This document shows, in pieces, positions 1 through 9,407 of a stretch of DNA of 32,000 nucleotides (the stretch's first letter is position 1; every line of letters starts with the position of its first letter). The position numbers and the translations under genes are program-made. The notes below the pieces were generated by a model that saw nothing but the letters and a program-made list of their open reading frames with translations, was not told the origin of the DNA and searched no databases. The stretch lies in contig NC_016070.1 in the NCBI RefSeq assembly GCF_000253055.1, forward strand, positions 330,001 to 362,000, written 5' to 3'. This stretch comes from Thermoproteus tenax Kra 1 (GTDB lineage: Archaea > Thermoproteota > Thermoprotei > Thermoproteales > Thermoproteaceae).

Positions 1-425
1 CCGTAGACTCCTCTGAGGCCCAAGAAGTAGGAGGACTCCCTTATCTCCGCCGCCGTGGGGTTGTGGAGCTGGATCAAGTCGGGGATCCTCCCGAGCCTCT
101 CGACCGACCTCCTCAGAGCAACCTCGACGTACTCTCTGTCGTACCTCCTCCTGGGCCTGCCCCCAGCGTAGAAGTCGTAGCCCACCTTAGTGGCCACCAC
201 TACGCCCTCGGCGCCGGCGAGCAGCTCGCCCAACAGCTGCTCCGCCTTGCCTGAGCCGTAGACGTCGGCTACGTCGAAGAAGTTTATGCCGAGGTCGAGG
301 GCCTTCCCCACCAGCCTCCTCGCCTCGTCTCTCCCCAGTCTGCCGTACATATCTCCGAGCACCCACGCCCCGAAGCCTATCTCGGAGATCCGCAGAGGGC
401 CGTAGGAGCGCGCCTCCACGCTCAT
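1..425 (-). CDS. Aldo/keto reductase family oxidoreductase, N-terminal 141 codons (gene continues beyond window start)
   Basis: The ORF is absent from the track because it runs off the window. The reverse complement from ATG (comp. 423-425) reads MSVEARSYGPLRISEIGFGAWVLGDMYGRLGRDEARRLVGKALDLGINFFDVADVYGSGKAEQLLGELL..., a typical AKR N-terminus (GFGxW, DxADxYG). Confidence 0.75.
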   Translation of the reverse strand, partial: MSVEARSYGPLRISEIGFGAWVLGDMYGRLGRDEARRLVGKALDLGINFFDVADVYGSGKAEQLLGELLAGAEGVVVATKVGYDFYAGGRPRRRYDREYVEVALRRSVERLGRIPDLIQLHNPTAAEIRESSYFLGLRGVY

Positions 426-436
426 CCCGATTGACG

Positions 437-450
437 TTAAAAAATAAATA
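437..450. promoter_or_regulatory. AT-rich TATA-like box shared by two divergent leaderless genes
   Basis: TTAAAAAATAAATA lies about 15-20 nt from the AKR ATG (comp. 425) and about 25 nt from the GTG at 470. Confidence 0.4.
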
Positions 451-469
451 GGCGGGCGGCCTCCCGCTT

Positions 470-1003
470 GTGAGGGCCTTTTTCCCGGGGAGGTTCCAGC
501 CGCCGCACTGGGGCCACGTCAGGGCCATATCGGCAATTCTGCAGGAGGCGGACGAGGTCGTCGTAGGGGTGGGCTCGGCTCAGTTCAACTACCTTCTCAA
601 GGACCCGTTCACAGCCGGCGAGCGTATATGGATGTTGAGGGAGGGCCTCAGAGACGGCGGAGTCGATCTGGCCAGAGTGGTCGTAGTACCCATACCGAAC
701 GTGGAGAACAACCTCGAGTGGCTGGGGAGAGTTAAGTCCTACGCCCCTCCTTTCGACGTAGTATACACGGGCAATCCCTTCGTGGCCCTCCTCTTCCGCG
801 AGGCGGGCGTGCCCGTCAAACAGCAGCCGCTCTTCGACAGAGGGAGGCTCAGCTCCACCAAGGTGAGGGAGCTCCTGTTGAGGGGCGACCCAGGTTGGGA
901 GGAGCTCGTCCCGCCCTCAGTGGCCCGGATCATAAAACAGCTGGGCGGCGCCGAGAGGCTGAGGATAGCGGCGCAGGGCGAGGCGGAGCCCCACAGATGG
1001 TGA
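470..1003 (+). CDS. Nicotinamide-nucleotide (NMN) adenylyltransferase, archaeal type
   Basis: The ORF is 177 aa. FPGRFQPPHWGH is the (H/T)xGH nucleotidyltransferase motif in the context typical of archaeal NMNAT. It has a GTG start. Confidence 0.8.
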   Translation: MRAFFPGRFQPPHWGHVRAISAILQEADEVVVGVGSAQFNYLLKDPFTAGERIWMLREGLRDGGVDLARVVVVPIPNVENNLEWLGRVKSYAPPFDVVYTGNPFVALLFREAGVPVKQQPLFDRGRLSSTKVRELLLRGDPGWEELVPPSVARIIKQLGGAERLRIAAQGEAEPHRW

Positions 1004-1117
1004 TCAGCCCATGCTTGTGTCGCCACCGGTCGGCACCGCTATCGTTCTTCACCAAGCCTCTACAACTCGGCGGGTTAAAAGTTTCACGCGCCGCGGGCGC
1101 GCGTCGGGCGAGAGGCC

Positions 1118-2002
1118 GTGGGCTACCTAGGCGAGGTTCTGGCCGCTCAGCTCAGGGCGGCGGGCGTAGAGAGAATACGTCTCCCAAGGCGCTTCAAGTG
1201 CTCTTGGGATCCGGCACAGTGCGCCGCCGTGGAGCTCCTGTTGGGCAGAAGGAGGCTCTGCAGAAGGGGGAACGAGGCCTTTCTGGCCAAGGGCGTATGC
1301 GAGGAGGAGATACGCGTGGCCCTCACGCCTCCGCCGGTCCCGAAGATCTACATAGACTTGGGACTATGGGATGTACACACAGACAGAGAGAAGAACGAGC
1401 TCGTGGAGCAGATAGCGGCCTCGATACACGTGGTGCGCTCCCAGCTCTGGGACGGCAATTTGGCGCTGGCGAGGACGCCCTCCGAGTTTCTGGAGAGGTT
1501 CGGGAGGGCCATGAGGGGGATGCGCCACGCGGTGGCGATATCCCCCGATCCTCCGCCCGCCGGCGCCGTCTTCCTCGACCCAGAGGGGCCCTGTAGAGCC
1601 GACGAGGGGCTTCTGAGGGGGTGGGACAGCTTTGTGGTGGGAGGAGTGGTGGACAAGGAGAGGGTCTATAAGGGGGCCTCCAGGAGGCTGGCCGAGTCCG
1701 CGGGGATCCCGCCGGAGAGGAGGTGCAGGATAGAGCTGAGGGGCTCCACCGTGGGAGTCCCCGACAGAATAAATAAAATCATTGAGATTCTCCTCTCCGT
1801 GAGGTTCCGCGGCCTCTCTCTGGAGGACGCAATTCTGGAGGCGCAGGCGAAGAGGGACAAAGTCTACCGCCTTATGAGGGAGCTACAGCGCCTCGGCCCA
1901 AGAGTGCCCAGAGAGAGGGCGCTGGAGATAGCGGCCTGGCTTAAAGCGGGCGAGGACGTCTTGGAGCTCGCGGCGAGGAAGGCCAGAGTGGAGCTGGTAT
2001 GA
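1118..2002 (+). CDS. Probable SPOUT-fold tRNA methyltransferase (Trm10-like)
   Basis: The ORF is 294 aa. FLDPEG...FVVGGVVDKE...IELRGSTVGVPDRINKIIEILL resembles the Trm10 family, and the length fits crenarchaeal Trm10. The assignment is from motif memory only. The stop overlaps the next start (ATGA). Confidence 0.45.
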   Translation: MGYLGEVLAAQLRAAGVERIRLPRRFKCSWDPAQCAAVELLLGRRRLCRRGNEAFLAKGVCEEEIRVALTPPPVPKIYIDLGLWDVHTDREKNELVEQIAASIHVVRSQLWDGNLALARTPSEFLERFGRAMRGMRHAVAISPDPPPAGAVFLDPEGPCRADEGLLRGWDSFVVGGVVDKERVYKGASRRLAESAGIPPERRCRIELRGSTVGVPDRINKIIEILLSVRFRGLSLEDAILEAQAKRDKVYRLMRELQRLGPRVPRERALEIAAWLKAGEDVLELAARKARVELV

Positions 2003-2436
2003 CCTCCTGGGGCAGAGGCCTCCCGCTGGAGCCTGCGGCGATCACCGAGGTGGTGAGGAGGGGGGAGCCGATCCTTGCGTTGATCCACTACGAGGTAGTG
2101 GAGATCGGGGACGGCAATGCCTGCGCCGTCTTTCAACATACTCCCTACGCAGTGAGGATCGGCGGAGTGCTACACGGGGGCGTCATCGCCGCGGCGCTCG
2201 ACGAGACCCTCGGCGTGGCGGTCCTCACAGTGAACCACGGCGCCGATCAAGTCACTGTGGAGCTCAAGATAAACTATCTGGAGCCCGGGAGGGTTGGGCC
2301 CTACAGAGTGTGCGGGCAAGTCGTGAGGAGGGGCTCCAGAATCGTCGTAGCCGAGGGGGAGGTGAGGGACGCAAACGGCGTCGTGATCGCCAAGGCCCTC
2401 GGCACCTGGTACATACTCTCTAAGGCGATCTCGTGA
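1999..2436 (+). CDS. PaaI/4HBT-type hotdog-fold thioesterase
   Basis: The ORF is 145 aa. GGVLHGGVIAAALDETLG followed by long beta-strand segments is typical of PaaI-family thioesterases. It is overlap-coupled on both sides. Confidence 0.7.
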   Translation: MTSWGRGLPLEPAAITEVVRRGEPILALIHYEVVEIGDGNACAVFQHTPYAVRIGGVLHGGVIAAALDETLGVAVLTVNHGADQVTVELKINYLEPGRVGPYRVCGQVVRRGSRIVVAEGEVRDANGVVIAKALGTWYILSKAIS

Positions 2437-2981
2437 GGCCGACGCTGGTATTGCTCGCGCTGACGGCGGCAGGCTTTATTGCAGGCGCCGTCTTGGCCGT
2501 AGTGGATCCCCGCCTGTTGATACTCCTCATGTTGAACAACGAGGCCGTGTTGAAGGGAGCCTACTACGAGCTTTTGACCTCTGTCTTCGTAACGCCGTCT
2601 TTCACAGACTTCGCACTGAACGCCATAGCCCTCTATGTGCTGTACCGCATCTACAACTCAGAGGCCGGCCCAGTGGAGTACGTAGCCTTCTTCGCGGCCG
2701 CCCTCGCGGGGAACTTCGCCACTGTGGCCGTCCTGCCCCCGAGGACTCTATCGGCGGGAGCGTCGGGAGGCATATTCGGGCTTTTCTCGTACTACGTCGT
2801 GGCCGATATGATGAAGTCCCGCCAAGTCAACTGGGTCGGTCCCGCCTTCTTGGGAGCGCTATTTTTGAGTTCGGCCATCTTGCCCCAAGTCAACTGGGTC
2901 GCCCATCTGGGCGGCATCCTCGGCGGAAGCGCCGTGGCGCTCGCAGAGCGCGCGCTGGCGGGGGGCCGCAAGTCTAATTAG
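2433..2981 (+). CDS. Rhomboid-family intramembrane serine protease
   Basis: The ORF is 182 aa and multi-TM. GASGGIFG carries the GxSG catalytic Ser and VAHLGGILGG the catalytic His. Confidence 0.7.
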   Translation: MRPTLVLLALTAAGFIAGAVLAVVDPRLLILLMLNNEAVLKGAYYELLTSVFVTPSFTDFALNAIALYVLYRIYNSEAGPVEYVAFFAAALAGNFATVAVLPPRTLSAGASGGIFGLFSYYVVADMMKSRQVNWVGPAFLGALFLSSAILPQVNWVAHLGGILGGSAVALAERALAGGRKSN

Positions 2982-3045
2982 ATTTGTTCAAAATTAGCTC
3001 GATTATCTATACATAAAATTTAAATATAATTTTAATTCTGCCACT

Positions 3046-3987
3046 ATGAAGGCGAAAATAATTGCCCCAATACTGGCAATATTGGTGTTGATGGCGTTGT
3101 TTATGCACCAGTCTGCGCCTCCGGCATTCCCGCCGGTTAGGCCGCCCCACGGCCTACAAGTCACGCTCCCGCCCTCTTGGTACAGCGGCGACAACGCGCC
3201 AGTGGGGATAACAGACTATGGCGTATATCAGAACGTGCCCTACTCGTACTCCACAAACGAGTTCATGGGCAATTTCACCATCTACTCGGCCTACTTTGAC
3301 TCAAACAGCTCCTCTTATCCCCACAGCTTCTCCATACAGCTCAACGTCGTGTTGAACTACACGTCGGGCGGAACGCCGAGGTACCTCTGGGTCCAGGACG
3401 TGGCCGTCATAAACACGGCTACAAACCAGCTCACGATTGTGGACAACATCTGGAATATAACTACGAGCAACGCCCAGCTCAATAGAAAGCTTATCAGCGG
3501 CAACGGCAAAGTCTACACATATAAAGGCTATACGTATTACGCCTACCAATACCCCTACGCGATCACCTATAGCTATCCACTCTCGGTCTCGCTGTTTGTG
3601 ACAGTCCAGTTGGTGAGAGGATACCCTGTGGTCAACTTCTACTTCGTCTACGGAGGGAAGGTGGTCCAGTACGACTCTGTGACTATAAAGGTGCCCTCCA
3701 CCAGCGCCTCCTACACAGTCGAGGGATACTCGCTTCTGCCCAGCGGCCTCTACGACGACGCAGAGCTTGTGACAGGCGGGCCGGGCGGCGGGACCAGCGC
3801 CATGCCTCTGACGTATAACGCCACCTACACGTTGCAGTATCTCTCGAGCGGCAGACTCGTCTCAGTGCCGCACGCGTACGACTATGGCGCAGACACCGCC
3901 GAGACTGTGTACAAGACCTCTGACGCTGGAGCCAACTACGCCGCCTATCTGGGAGTGGGCACCGAGTACTTCCACAACCTCTGGTGA
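3046..3987 (+). CDS. Secreted thermopsin-like (peptidase A5 family) protein
   Basis: The ORF is 313 aa with an N-terminal signal/anchor (ILAILVLMALF). Blocks PVGITDYG, SIQLNVVL, YLWVQDV and IVDNIWN resemble thermopsin-family blocks as I recall them. It has many N-x-S/T sequons and an AT-rich promoter upstream. Confidence 0.55.
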   Translation: MKAKIIAPILAILVLMALFMHQSAPPAFPPVRPPHGLQVTLPPSWYSGDNAPVGITDYGVYQNVPYSYSTNEFMGNFTIYSAYFDSNSSSYPHSFSIQLNVVLNYTSGGTPRYLWVQDVAVINTATNQLTIVDNIWNITTSNAQLNRKLISGNGKVYTYKGYTYYAYQYPYAITYSYPLSVSLFVTVQLVRGYPVVNFYFVYGGKVVQYDSVTIKVPSTSASYTVEGYSLLPSGLYDDAELVTGGPGGGTSAMPLTYNATYTLQYLSSGRLVSVPHAYDYGADTAETVYKTSDAGANYAAYLGVGTEYFHNLW

Positions 3988-4162
3988 GGCCTAACTCGAA
4001 CCCTTTTTCCCGGCGCGTAGATTGAAACAATGTTGAATATTTGTTGTTCAACAATATTTTCTTAGCCTATTTTCAAGAGAATAGAAATATATATTTATAA
4101 TATAATACATTAATTTAATTTCAAAAATTATCACTTTAGTAAAACTTAAAAATACCTTAAAA
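3988..4162. promoter_or_regulatory. Unusually long, extremely AT-rich intergenic region (promoter region of 4163 gene)
   Basis: My hand count over 4041-4180 gives roughly 17-20% G+C in a genome that otherwise looks about 60% G+C. It contains several TATA-like runs (TATATATTTATAATATAATA, ACTTAAAAATAC). Confidence 0.5.
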
Positions 4163-4972
4163 TTGTATGATATGTTGCTCCAAATAGGTCTACAAGAGGC
4201 GCTGACGTCGCTGGAAATTCAATTAGTAAACGCCATCCCATCGATAATTCTGTTCGCAGTCATAGTCTTGATCGGCTACGCCGTTGCGGTCATAGTCTCA
4301 GACATCATCCGCGCCGTGTTGAAACATCTGTTCAAAGGGGAGCACATCAGCGTGAACCTCATCGCCGGCGCAGTCAAGGCTTTCATAATATTGGTCGCGC
4401 TGTCCATAGCATTCTCAGTCCTCAACCTGGGTCCGGCGTTCAGCTACGTCTCGTTCATAGCCAACTATCTGCCCTATCTGGCCGGTGCCATCGTGCTCAT
4501 TACTCTCGGAATACCGATGATCAACATACTCGTGGACTATATGGCGAAGCAGATGCCGCAGGATCAGTTCCTCAGCGTTGTGCTAGGCGTCCTCCGCTTC
4601 GGCCTCTACGCAGTGATAATAACCATCGCGGCCACCCTCGCCATATTCAAGTGGGTTCCTCTATCGCCCTACATCTTTTACGATATAATTATGGCGTCCA
4701 TAGTCCTGTTGTTCAGCTTCGCCATCACCGACAAGGCGATTGAGGCCATCGCCAAATCGCACCCAGACGAGAAGTATATAACCGTCTACGGCAGATTCGT
4801 CCTCTACGCCGTGTTCATACTGATAGTCGTAGGCATAATCACGCAGCCGATGGGCAACGTCACAGCCATAATACAGACGCTGGCCTGGGGCCTCGCCATA
4901 GCCTTCGCCCTGCTGTTGGTGCCGTTGGCCTACGCCTTCGCCAAAAAGATAGCGGCCGAGGTCTCGAAATAA
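4163..4972 (+). CDS. Polytopic membrane protein of unknown function (repeated TM-helix units)
   Basis: The ORF is 269 aa with about 8 hydrophobic helices. Helix plus basic-loop units are reminiscent of 'conserved TM helix' repeats seen at N-termini of MscS-like proteins. I see no catalytic motif. G+C is visibly lower than in the neighbours. Confidence 0.6.
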   Translation: MYDMLLQIGLQEALTSLEIQLVNAIPSIILFAVIVLIGYAVAVIVSDIIRAVLKHLFKGEHISVNLIAGAVKAFIILVALSIAFSVLNLGPAFSYVSFIANYLPYLAGAIVLITLGIPMINILVDYMAKQMPQDQFLSVVLGVLRFGLYAVIITIAATLAIFKWVPLSPYIFYDIIMASIVLLFSFAITDKAIEAIAKSHPDEKYITVYGRFVLYAVFILIVVGIITQPMGNVTAIIQTLAWGLAIAFALLLVPLAYAFAKKIAAEVSK

Positions 4973-4979
4973 TCCTCTT

Positions 4980-6368
4980 TTATTTCGCCAACGCCGCCCC
5001 ATCCCCCCTCAGGTCCGAGGCGGCGCCCACCCTTTTTCCCTCCCTCACTGCGGCGGCAGCCACGCCCATCCTCGAGGGATAGTCGACTATGTGGACTCCG
5101 GGGCCCTCCTCGAACCCCCGCTCGGCCTCGGCCCTCCATCCCTCGACCCATATGAACCTCGGCGCCCAGACGGCCCTCCTCAGCTCCATACCGTAGTAGA
5201 GCAAGTTCTGGATCAGCTGAGCATAGATCACAGGCCTATAGTGCCCCGCGCTGGCGCCCAGCGCGACTGCCCGGTCCCCCCTAAGCGCAATCACCGCCGA
5301 GAGCGTGTGCGCCGGCCTCCTGCGGGGCCCGGGCTTGTTCGGCCCATCGGTGAAGTCGCTGGCTCTGTTGTTTAAAACAACTCCGTTCCTCTCGACGTAC
5401 CTTGAGCCGAAGGCGTAGTAGAGGCTCTGTATAGCCGAGATAGTCATCTCCCTCCCGGCCACTGCGAAGTAGGTGGTGCCCGGCGTCGGCGTAGGCCTCT
5501 CCGACTCGCTCAACTGGATCCTCCCCTCGAGCAACTCCCTCCAGGGTATTTCGCAGTCGCCTAGATATTTGTCTCTGGCCCAGTGGGCCCTCCTCGCCGC
5601 CGACAAGATCGATTTAATCCGGGCGTACGAGAGGGGAGGGGGCCTCGGAGGTTGGTCCGCCAGCTTTAACGTCAGAAGGACTGCGAAGCCCAGAGACGGA
5701 GGAGGCGCCTCGTAGAGGGTCCACCCCTCGTGCTCCACTGCGAGCGGCTCCCTTACCTCTGCCCTATACTGGAGGAAGTCCTCGGGCGCGAAGAGCTCGC
5801 CGGAAAGCGATGCGGCAAGGGCTCGGTAAAGGGCGTCTGGCCCCTCGTCTGCAATGGAGCGGTATAGGGAGAGGAGGGGGGCCACTGTATATCTTTCGCC
5901 AGGCGCCCTGGGGATAGAGCGGTAAAGCGAGCTCCCAGGCCCCTCCAGCTCCGCGCGCTCTAGAGCCTCGGCGAGCGATGGATGGACGACGGCCTCCCGC
6001 TCCAAAAAGTCGGCCACAGTCCTCACCACTTTCCCCCAATCGAGCGAGCCGTACCGCCTGTGCAGCTCCCAGAGCCCCCTCGCCATACCGGGCACTACAG
6101 CCGAGGCGAGGCCGAACCTAGGCGGCCTCTCCCCTATCCCGCTCGGCGCCCATCCCAGGCCCATCACGGCCTCCACTTTGCCTCCCCTTTCCACTAAGGC
6201 GAGGAAGTCTCCGCCGAGGCCGTTTAGGTGGGGCAGAAGGTAGGCGAGCGCTAGGGAGACTGCGAGGGCTACGTCGGCCTCGTTGCCTCCCAGCTCGGCT
6301 ATCTTCATACCGAGGTAGGTCGCTTGATAGCTCTCTGAGGCGACCGCTATCTTGCTCCCCCAGCTCAT
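4980..6368 (-). CDS. ggt: Gamma-glutamyltranspeptidase family Ntn-hydrolase
   Basis: I trimmed track ORF 4980..6521 to the ATG at comp. 6366-6368 ([20 protein letters not shown]...). That ATG overlaps the thrC stop as ATGA, and the 51 aa upstream are G/R-rich read-through inside thrC. GGT blocks are [16 protein letters not shown] (catalytic Thr) and [12 protein letters not shown]. Confidence 0.8.
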   Translation of the reverse strand: MSWGSKIAVASESYQATYLGMKIAELGGNEADVALAVSLALAYLLPHLNGLGGDFLALVERGGKVEAVMGLGWAPSGIGERPPRFGLASAVVPGMARGLWELHRRYGSLDWGKVVRTVADFLEREAVVHPSLAEALERAELEGPGSSLYRSIPRAPGERYTVAPLLSLYRSIADEGPDALYRALAASLSGELFAPEDFLQYRAEVREPLAVEHEGWTLYEAPPPSLGFAVLLTLKLADQPPRPPPLSYARIKSILSAARRAHWARDKYLGDCEIPWRELLEGRIQLSESERPTPTPGTTYFAVAGREMTISAIQSLYYAFGSRYVERNGVVLNNRASDFTDGPNKPGPRRRPAHTLSAVIALRGDRAVALGASAGHYRPVIYAQLIQNLLYYGMELRRAVWAPRFIWVEGWRAEAERGFEEGPGVHIVDYPSRMGVAAAAVREGKRVGAASDLRGDGAALAK

Positions 6369-7366
6369 AGCGTCTTGAGCCCGCTCCCCGTCAGAACCAC
6401 AATCCCCTTTCCGCCCCTTTTCCACATGCCGGCCAGGGCCGCGGCCGAGGAGGGCTCGACCAGAAGCCCCCTCTTGGCCAACCACTTCCAAGCCTCCCCT
6501 ATCTCGGCGTCCTTTACCCACACGCAGTCTCCGTGGCGCCTTATAATCTCAGCCATCTCGGGCAGAAGGGGCGGATTGGTGGAGACTATTGCGTCGGCCA
6601 CTGAGGTGACGCGCTTGGGCGGCGCGTAGGGCTCGCCCTTTACTGCGGCGCAGAGGGGTCTCACCTGCTCTGTCTGTACAGCTATAAGCCTGGGCATCTC
6701 CTGGATGACGCCGGAGTCTAAAAGGTGTTTGAAGCCGTAGTAGACGCCCAGGAGGAGGGTGCCCGCCGAGGTGGGGAGATAGATCTCCTGTCCCTGGGCC
6801 TCTTTACCGAGCTCGTAGGCCAGAGTCCTTATCCCGTCTCTGAACTCGGGCCTCCAGATGTGTGAGGCGTAGTAGGCGCCCGACCTCTCGGCGGCCCTCG
6901 AGACCTCCTCCCTAGAGCCTCTGACCTTGATCACCTTCGCGCCGTAGGCCTCTATCTGCCTCAGTTTGCCGCCCCTTGCTCTCGCGGGTACGTAGACCTC
7001 GACCTCCATTCCGGCAAGGGCGCCGTAGGCCGCTATGGAGGCCCCGGCGTTGCCAGAGGAGTCCTCTGCTATCCTCTTTACTCCCCTTTCCGCCAGCCAG
7101 GAGATCAACGTTGCAGAGCCTCTGTCCTTGAAGCTGCCGGTGGGGTTCAGGAACTCCAGCTTGAACTTCACGCCCTCCAGCTCCACGAGGGGGGTGTTGC
7201 CCTCGCCCAAGCTTATCCACCTCCTTATATAGGGGAAGTTCTCCCTTGCTCTCTCGCGGTAGGGGAACTGGGGCTCTATTATGAAGGGGCCGCCGCACCT
7301 AGGGCACCTCAGCTCGTCCCCCCTCCTCTCCGTCCCGCATCTGGCGCATTTAACTACGACCTCCAT
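6365..7366 (-). CDS. thrC: Threonine synthase (PLP-dependent) with N-terminal zinc ribbon
   Basis: The ORF is 333 aa. It has a CxxC...CxxC ribbon at the N-terminus, PTGSFKDRG (PLP lysine) and SSGNAG. Confidence 0.85.
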   Translation of the reverse strand: MEVVVKCARCGTERRGDELRCPRCGGPFIIEPQFPYRERARENFPYIRRWISLGEGNTPLVELEGVKFKLEFLNPTGSFKDRGSATLISWLAERGVKRIAEDSSGNAGASIAAYGALAGMEVEVYVPARARGGKLRQIEAYGAKVIKVRGSREEVSRAAERSGAYYASHIWRPEFRDGIRTLAYELGKEAQGQEIYLPTSAGTLLLGVYYGFKHLLDSGVIQEMPRLIAVQTEQVRPLCAAVKGEPYAPPKRVTSVADAIVSTNPPLLPEMAEIIRRHGDCVWVKDAEIGEAWKWLAKRGLLVEPSSAAALAGMWKRGGKGIVVLTGSGLKTL

Positions 7367-7772
7367 CGCCCATCACAACGACGGTTATCCTCCTCAGGCG
7401 GGGGCCGTCGAACTCCGCCAAGAACAGCTCCTGCCAAGTACCCCTTACCAGTCTGCCCCCCTTTACCGGAAAGATGTAGTGTTGCTTTAACAGCGCCGAG
7501 AGGAGGTGGGCGTCGCCGTTGTCGTCGATCTTGTTGTGCTCGTAGCGCCCGTCCTGGGGGACGAGCCTCTCGAACAGCGCCATGTAGTCCCTACGGAGGT
7601 TCGGCTCGTCCTCGTTGGCGAACAGAGCGGCGGTCGCGTGTGCCACAAAGGCCAGAGCTATACCGTCCGACACGCCCGACTCCCGGACTGCGTCCTCCAC
7701 CAGGCTGGTAATGTTGACGAGGTCTCTACGCGATTTGGTCGAGACCGAGAGCTCCTTTACGTAGACCCGCAT
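7350..7772 (-). CDS. YjbQ/UPF0047 family protein (secondary thiamine-phosphate synthase family)
   Basis: The ORF is 140 aa. [20 protein letters not shown] and GDAHLLSAL are typical of UPF0047. The 3' end overlaps the thrC start by 17 nt. Confidence 0.8.
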   Translation of the reverse strand: MRVYVKELSVSTKSRRDLVNITSLVEDAVRESGVSDGIALAFVAHATAALFANEDEPNLRRDYMALFERLVPQDGRYEHNKIDDNGDAHLLSALLKQHYIFPVKGGRLVRGTWQELFLAEFDGPRLRRITVVVMGDGGRS

Positions 7773-7854
7773 TTAGATGTCTGGGCACAGCTTTAAATAC
7801 GTGGGCCCCGTGCGTCCGCCGGAAAGGCATTTAAAGGCGGGTCTCCCTCCATCT

Positions 7855-8805
7855 ATGAGGGGCAAGCTCGCCCTAGCCGCCGGAGCGATCGCCATAGCTT
7901 TTCTCGCGCTCTATTTCGCCCGCCCCGGCGCGACCTCAAACGCGACTACTGCTACAGAGGGCGCAACGGCGACCTCCACAGAGGGCTCGGGGTACAGCTT
8001 GATCCCGGAGGGCTTGCCCCCGGCGGCGGCCGCCGCAGAGAACGTACGCGAGATGATGGCCAGAGCCGCGGTCGGGCCTGTCTTCATAGCCCCCTACCCC
8101 TGGAACGCAAAGGAGTGGACCGGCGTGGTGCAGGTCGCCTACGACGGCCGGGAGGTGACCGCCTCAGTGAACATGAGCTACACAGCTAAGTTCAACCCCT
8201 ACGCCCCCGTGTTGGGCTATCCCTCGGTTCGGTACGGCTGCGACCCTCTCTTCTACTACTGCAGCGGGAGGGCACAGCCTCTGGAGCTGCCCGAGCCGGC
8301 CTCCAAGGCAGGCGGGGTTCTGGTTCTGTCCTACAGCGTCAGCCCGGGAGACTGCAATGTGACCGACTTCTCCTACGACATATGGTTCAACAGAGGCGGG
8401 TTCAGACTCGGCGCAGGCGACCTAGAGCTGATGCTCTGGCTGTACTACAACGTTGACCCCTCTGCGTCTCTGCCGGCCCCGTACTGGCGCTATCTGGGCG
8501 AGAGGCGGCTGAGGATAGCGGTGGACGGCGCGTGGCAGACGGCGGAGGCCTCGGCCTACGTCCATCTGAGCCAAGGGAGCTGGTCTGTGCTCGTCTTCGT
8601 CCTGCGGAGGCCTGTGCGGTCGGGCACCGTCGCCGTAGATCTGGGCCAGCTGGTGCGGGCGGCGCAGGAAACGCTCAACGGTACACCGATAGATCTGGAG
8701 CGCCTAAACCTCACCTCGATAGACGTCGGCATGGAGTTCGACGGCCCGCCGGGCGTTCGGCTGACCTGCTCCTACGCCATATACGGCTGGTCGGCGGAGC
8801 CATGA
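7855..8805 (+). CDS. Secreted/anchored GH12-like endoglucanase-fold protein
   Basis: I trimmed track ORF 7777..8805 to ATG 7855 (MRGKLALAAGAIAIAFLALYF), about 22 nt downstream of the TTTAAA box at 7830-7835. SYDIWFN, DLELMLWLYY and VGMEFDG resemble the GH12 core blocks. Confidence 0.55.
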   Translation: MRGKLALAAGAIAIAFLALYFARPGATSNATTATEGATATSTEGSGYSLIPEGLPPAAAAAENVREMMARAAVGPVFIAPYPWNAKEWTGVVQVAYDGREVTASVNMSYTAKFNPYAPVLGYPSVRYGCDPLFYYCSGRAQPLELPEPASKAGGVLVLSYSVSPGDCNVTDFSYDIWFNRGGFRLGAGDLELMLWLYYNVDPSASLPAPYWRYLGERRLRIAVDGAWQTAEASAYVHLSQGSWSVLVFVLRRPVRSGTVAVDLGQLVRAAQETLNGTPIDLERLNLTSIDVGMEFDGPPGVRLTCSYAIYGWSAEP

Positions 8806-9377
8806 ACGCGCGTCTGGTGGGCGCGGCCCTAATAGCCGACGCCCTTCTGATAGCGCTGGAGTACGCCGCAGTTCCTGCGGTAGCGCACCTGCCCACCTAC
8901 GCGCTGGATCTGCTCAGATCTCTGTTCGCGCTGGCCGTAGTAACGCTGGACATAATAATGGCTGTCGGCGCCTTGATCGGCGAGGCCTCTGTGCCAACGG
9001 CTCTGGGCGCCGTGCTTCTGTCTATATCTGGCCTGTTCGTCATAGAGATCTCCTCTCTGTCCCGCCTCCTGCCGCCCGGCGCCTCGCCCTCTCTACCCCT
9101 CGCCGCCATAGCCTTAAACTCCGTTCTCGTCCTGGTTGGCTGGGCCCTGGTCGCCCTAGGGCTCACCCTGTGGTACAGAAGGCTTGTGCCGGCCTTGTTC
9201 GGCCTATTGATGGTGACCGGCGTCGCACTTACGTCGCTCGAGCTCTTGGCCTTCGTAGCGAGGCCCACCTCATCGGTCCTTTCGACCATAGGACGGATCC
9301 AGACCGTCGCCCTCGCCGTTATGGCCGTCGGGAGGGCCGGCCTGGGGATCTATACATATCTCAACCCAAGGCGCTGA
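8802..9377 (+). CDS. Integral membrane protein, unknown function
   Basis: I trimmed track ORF 8532..9377 to ATG 8802, which overlaps the upstream stop as ATGA. The product is 191 aa with about 6 TM helices. The upstream 90 codons are R/G-rich out-of-context read-through. Confidence 0.55.
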   Translation: MNARLVGAALIADALLIALEYAAVPAVAHLPTYALDLLRSLFALAVVTLDIIMAVGALIGEASVPTALGAVLLSISGLFVIEISSLSRLLPPGASPSLPLAAIALNSVLVLVGWALVALGLTLWYRRLVPALFGLLMVTGVALTSLELLAFVARPTSSVLSTIGRIQTVALAVMAVGRAGLGIYTYLNPRR

Positions 9378-9407
9378 ACCGTTTTATCCGTCAGCGTCCG
9401 CGCTCCT

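Noticed and set aside
895-1596. A 233-aa + strand track ORF. Similar long ORFs occur at 187..528(-), 5764..6039(-), 9170..9598(+), 10532..11110(+), 10572..11189(-), 11234..11665(-) and 28788..29447(-).
   Set aside because: They are extremely Arg/Gly/Pro/Ala-rich. They overlap well-supported genes in alternative or antisense frames. Such ORFs are expected by chance in about 60% G+C DNA with few stop codons.
3988-4162. The AT-rich stretch as a possible replication origin.
   Set aside because: I saw no origin-recognition-box-like repeats or flanking cdc6/orc1 gene. The partial TTGAA/TTCAA symmetry is only 5 bp. A strong promoter region explains it better.
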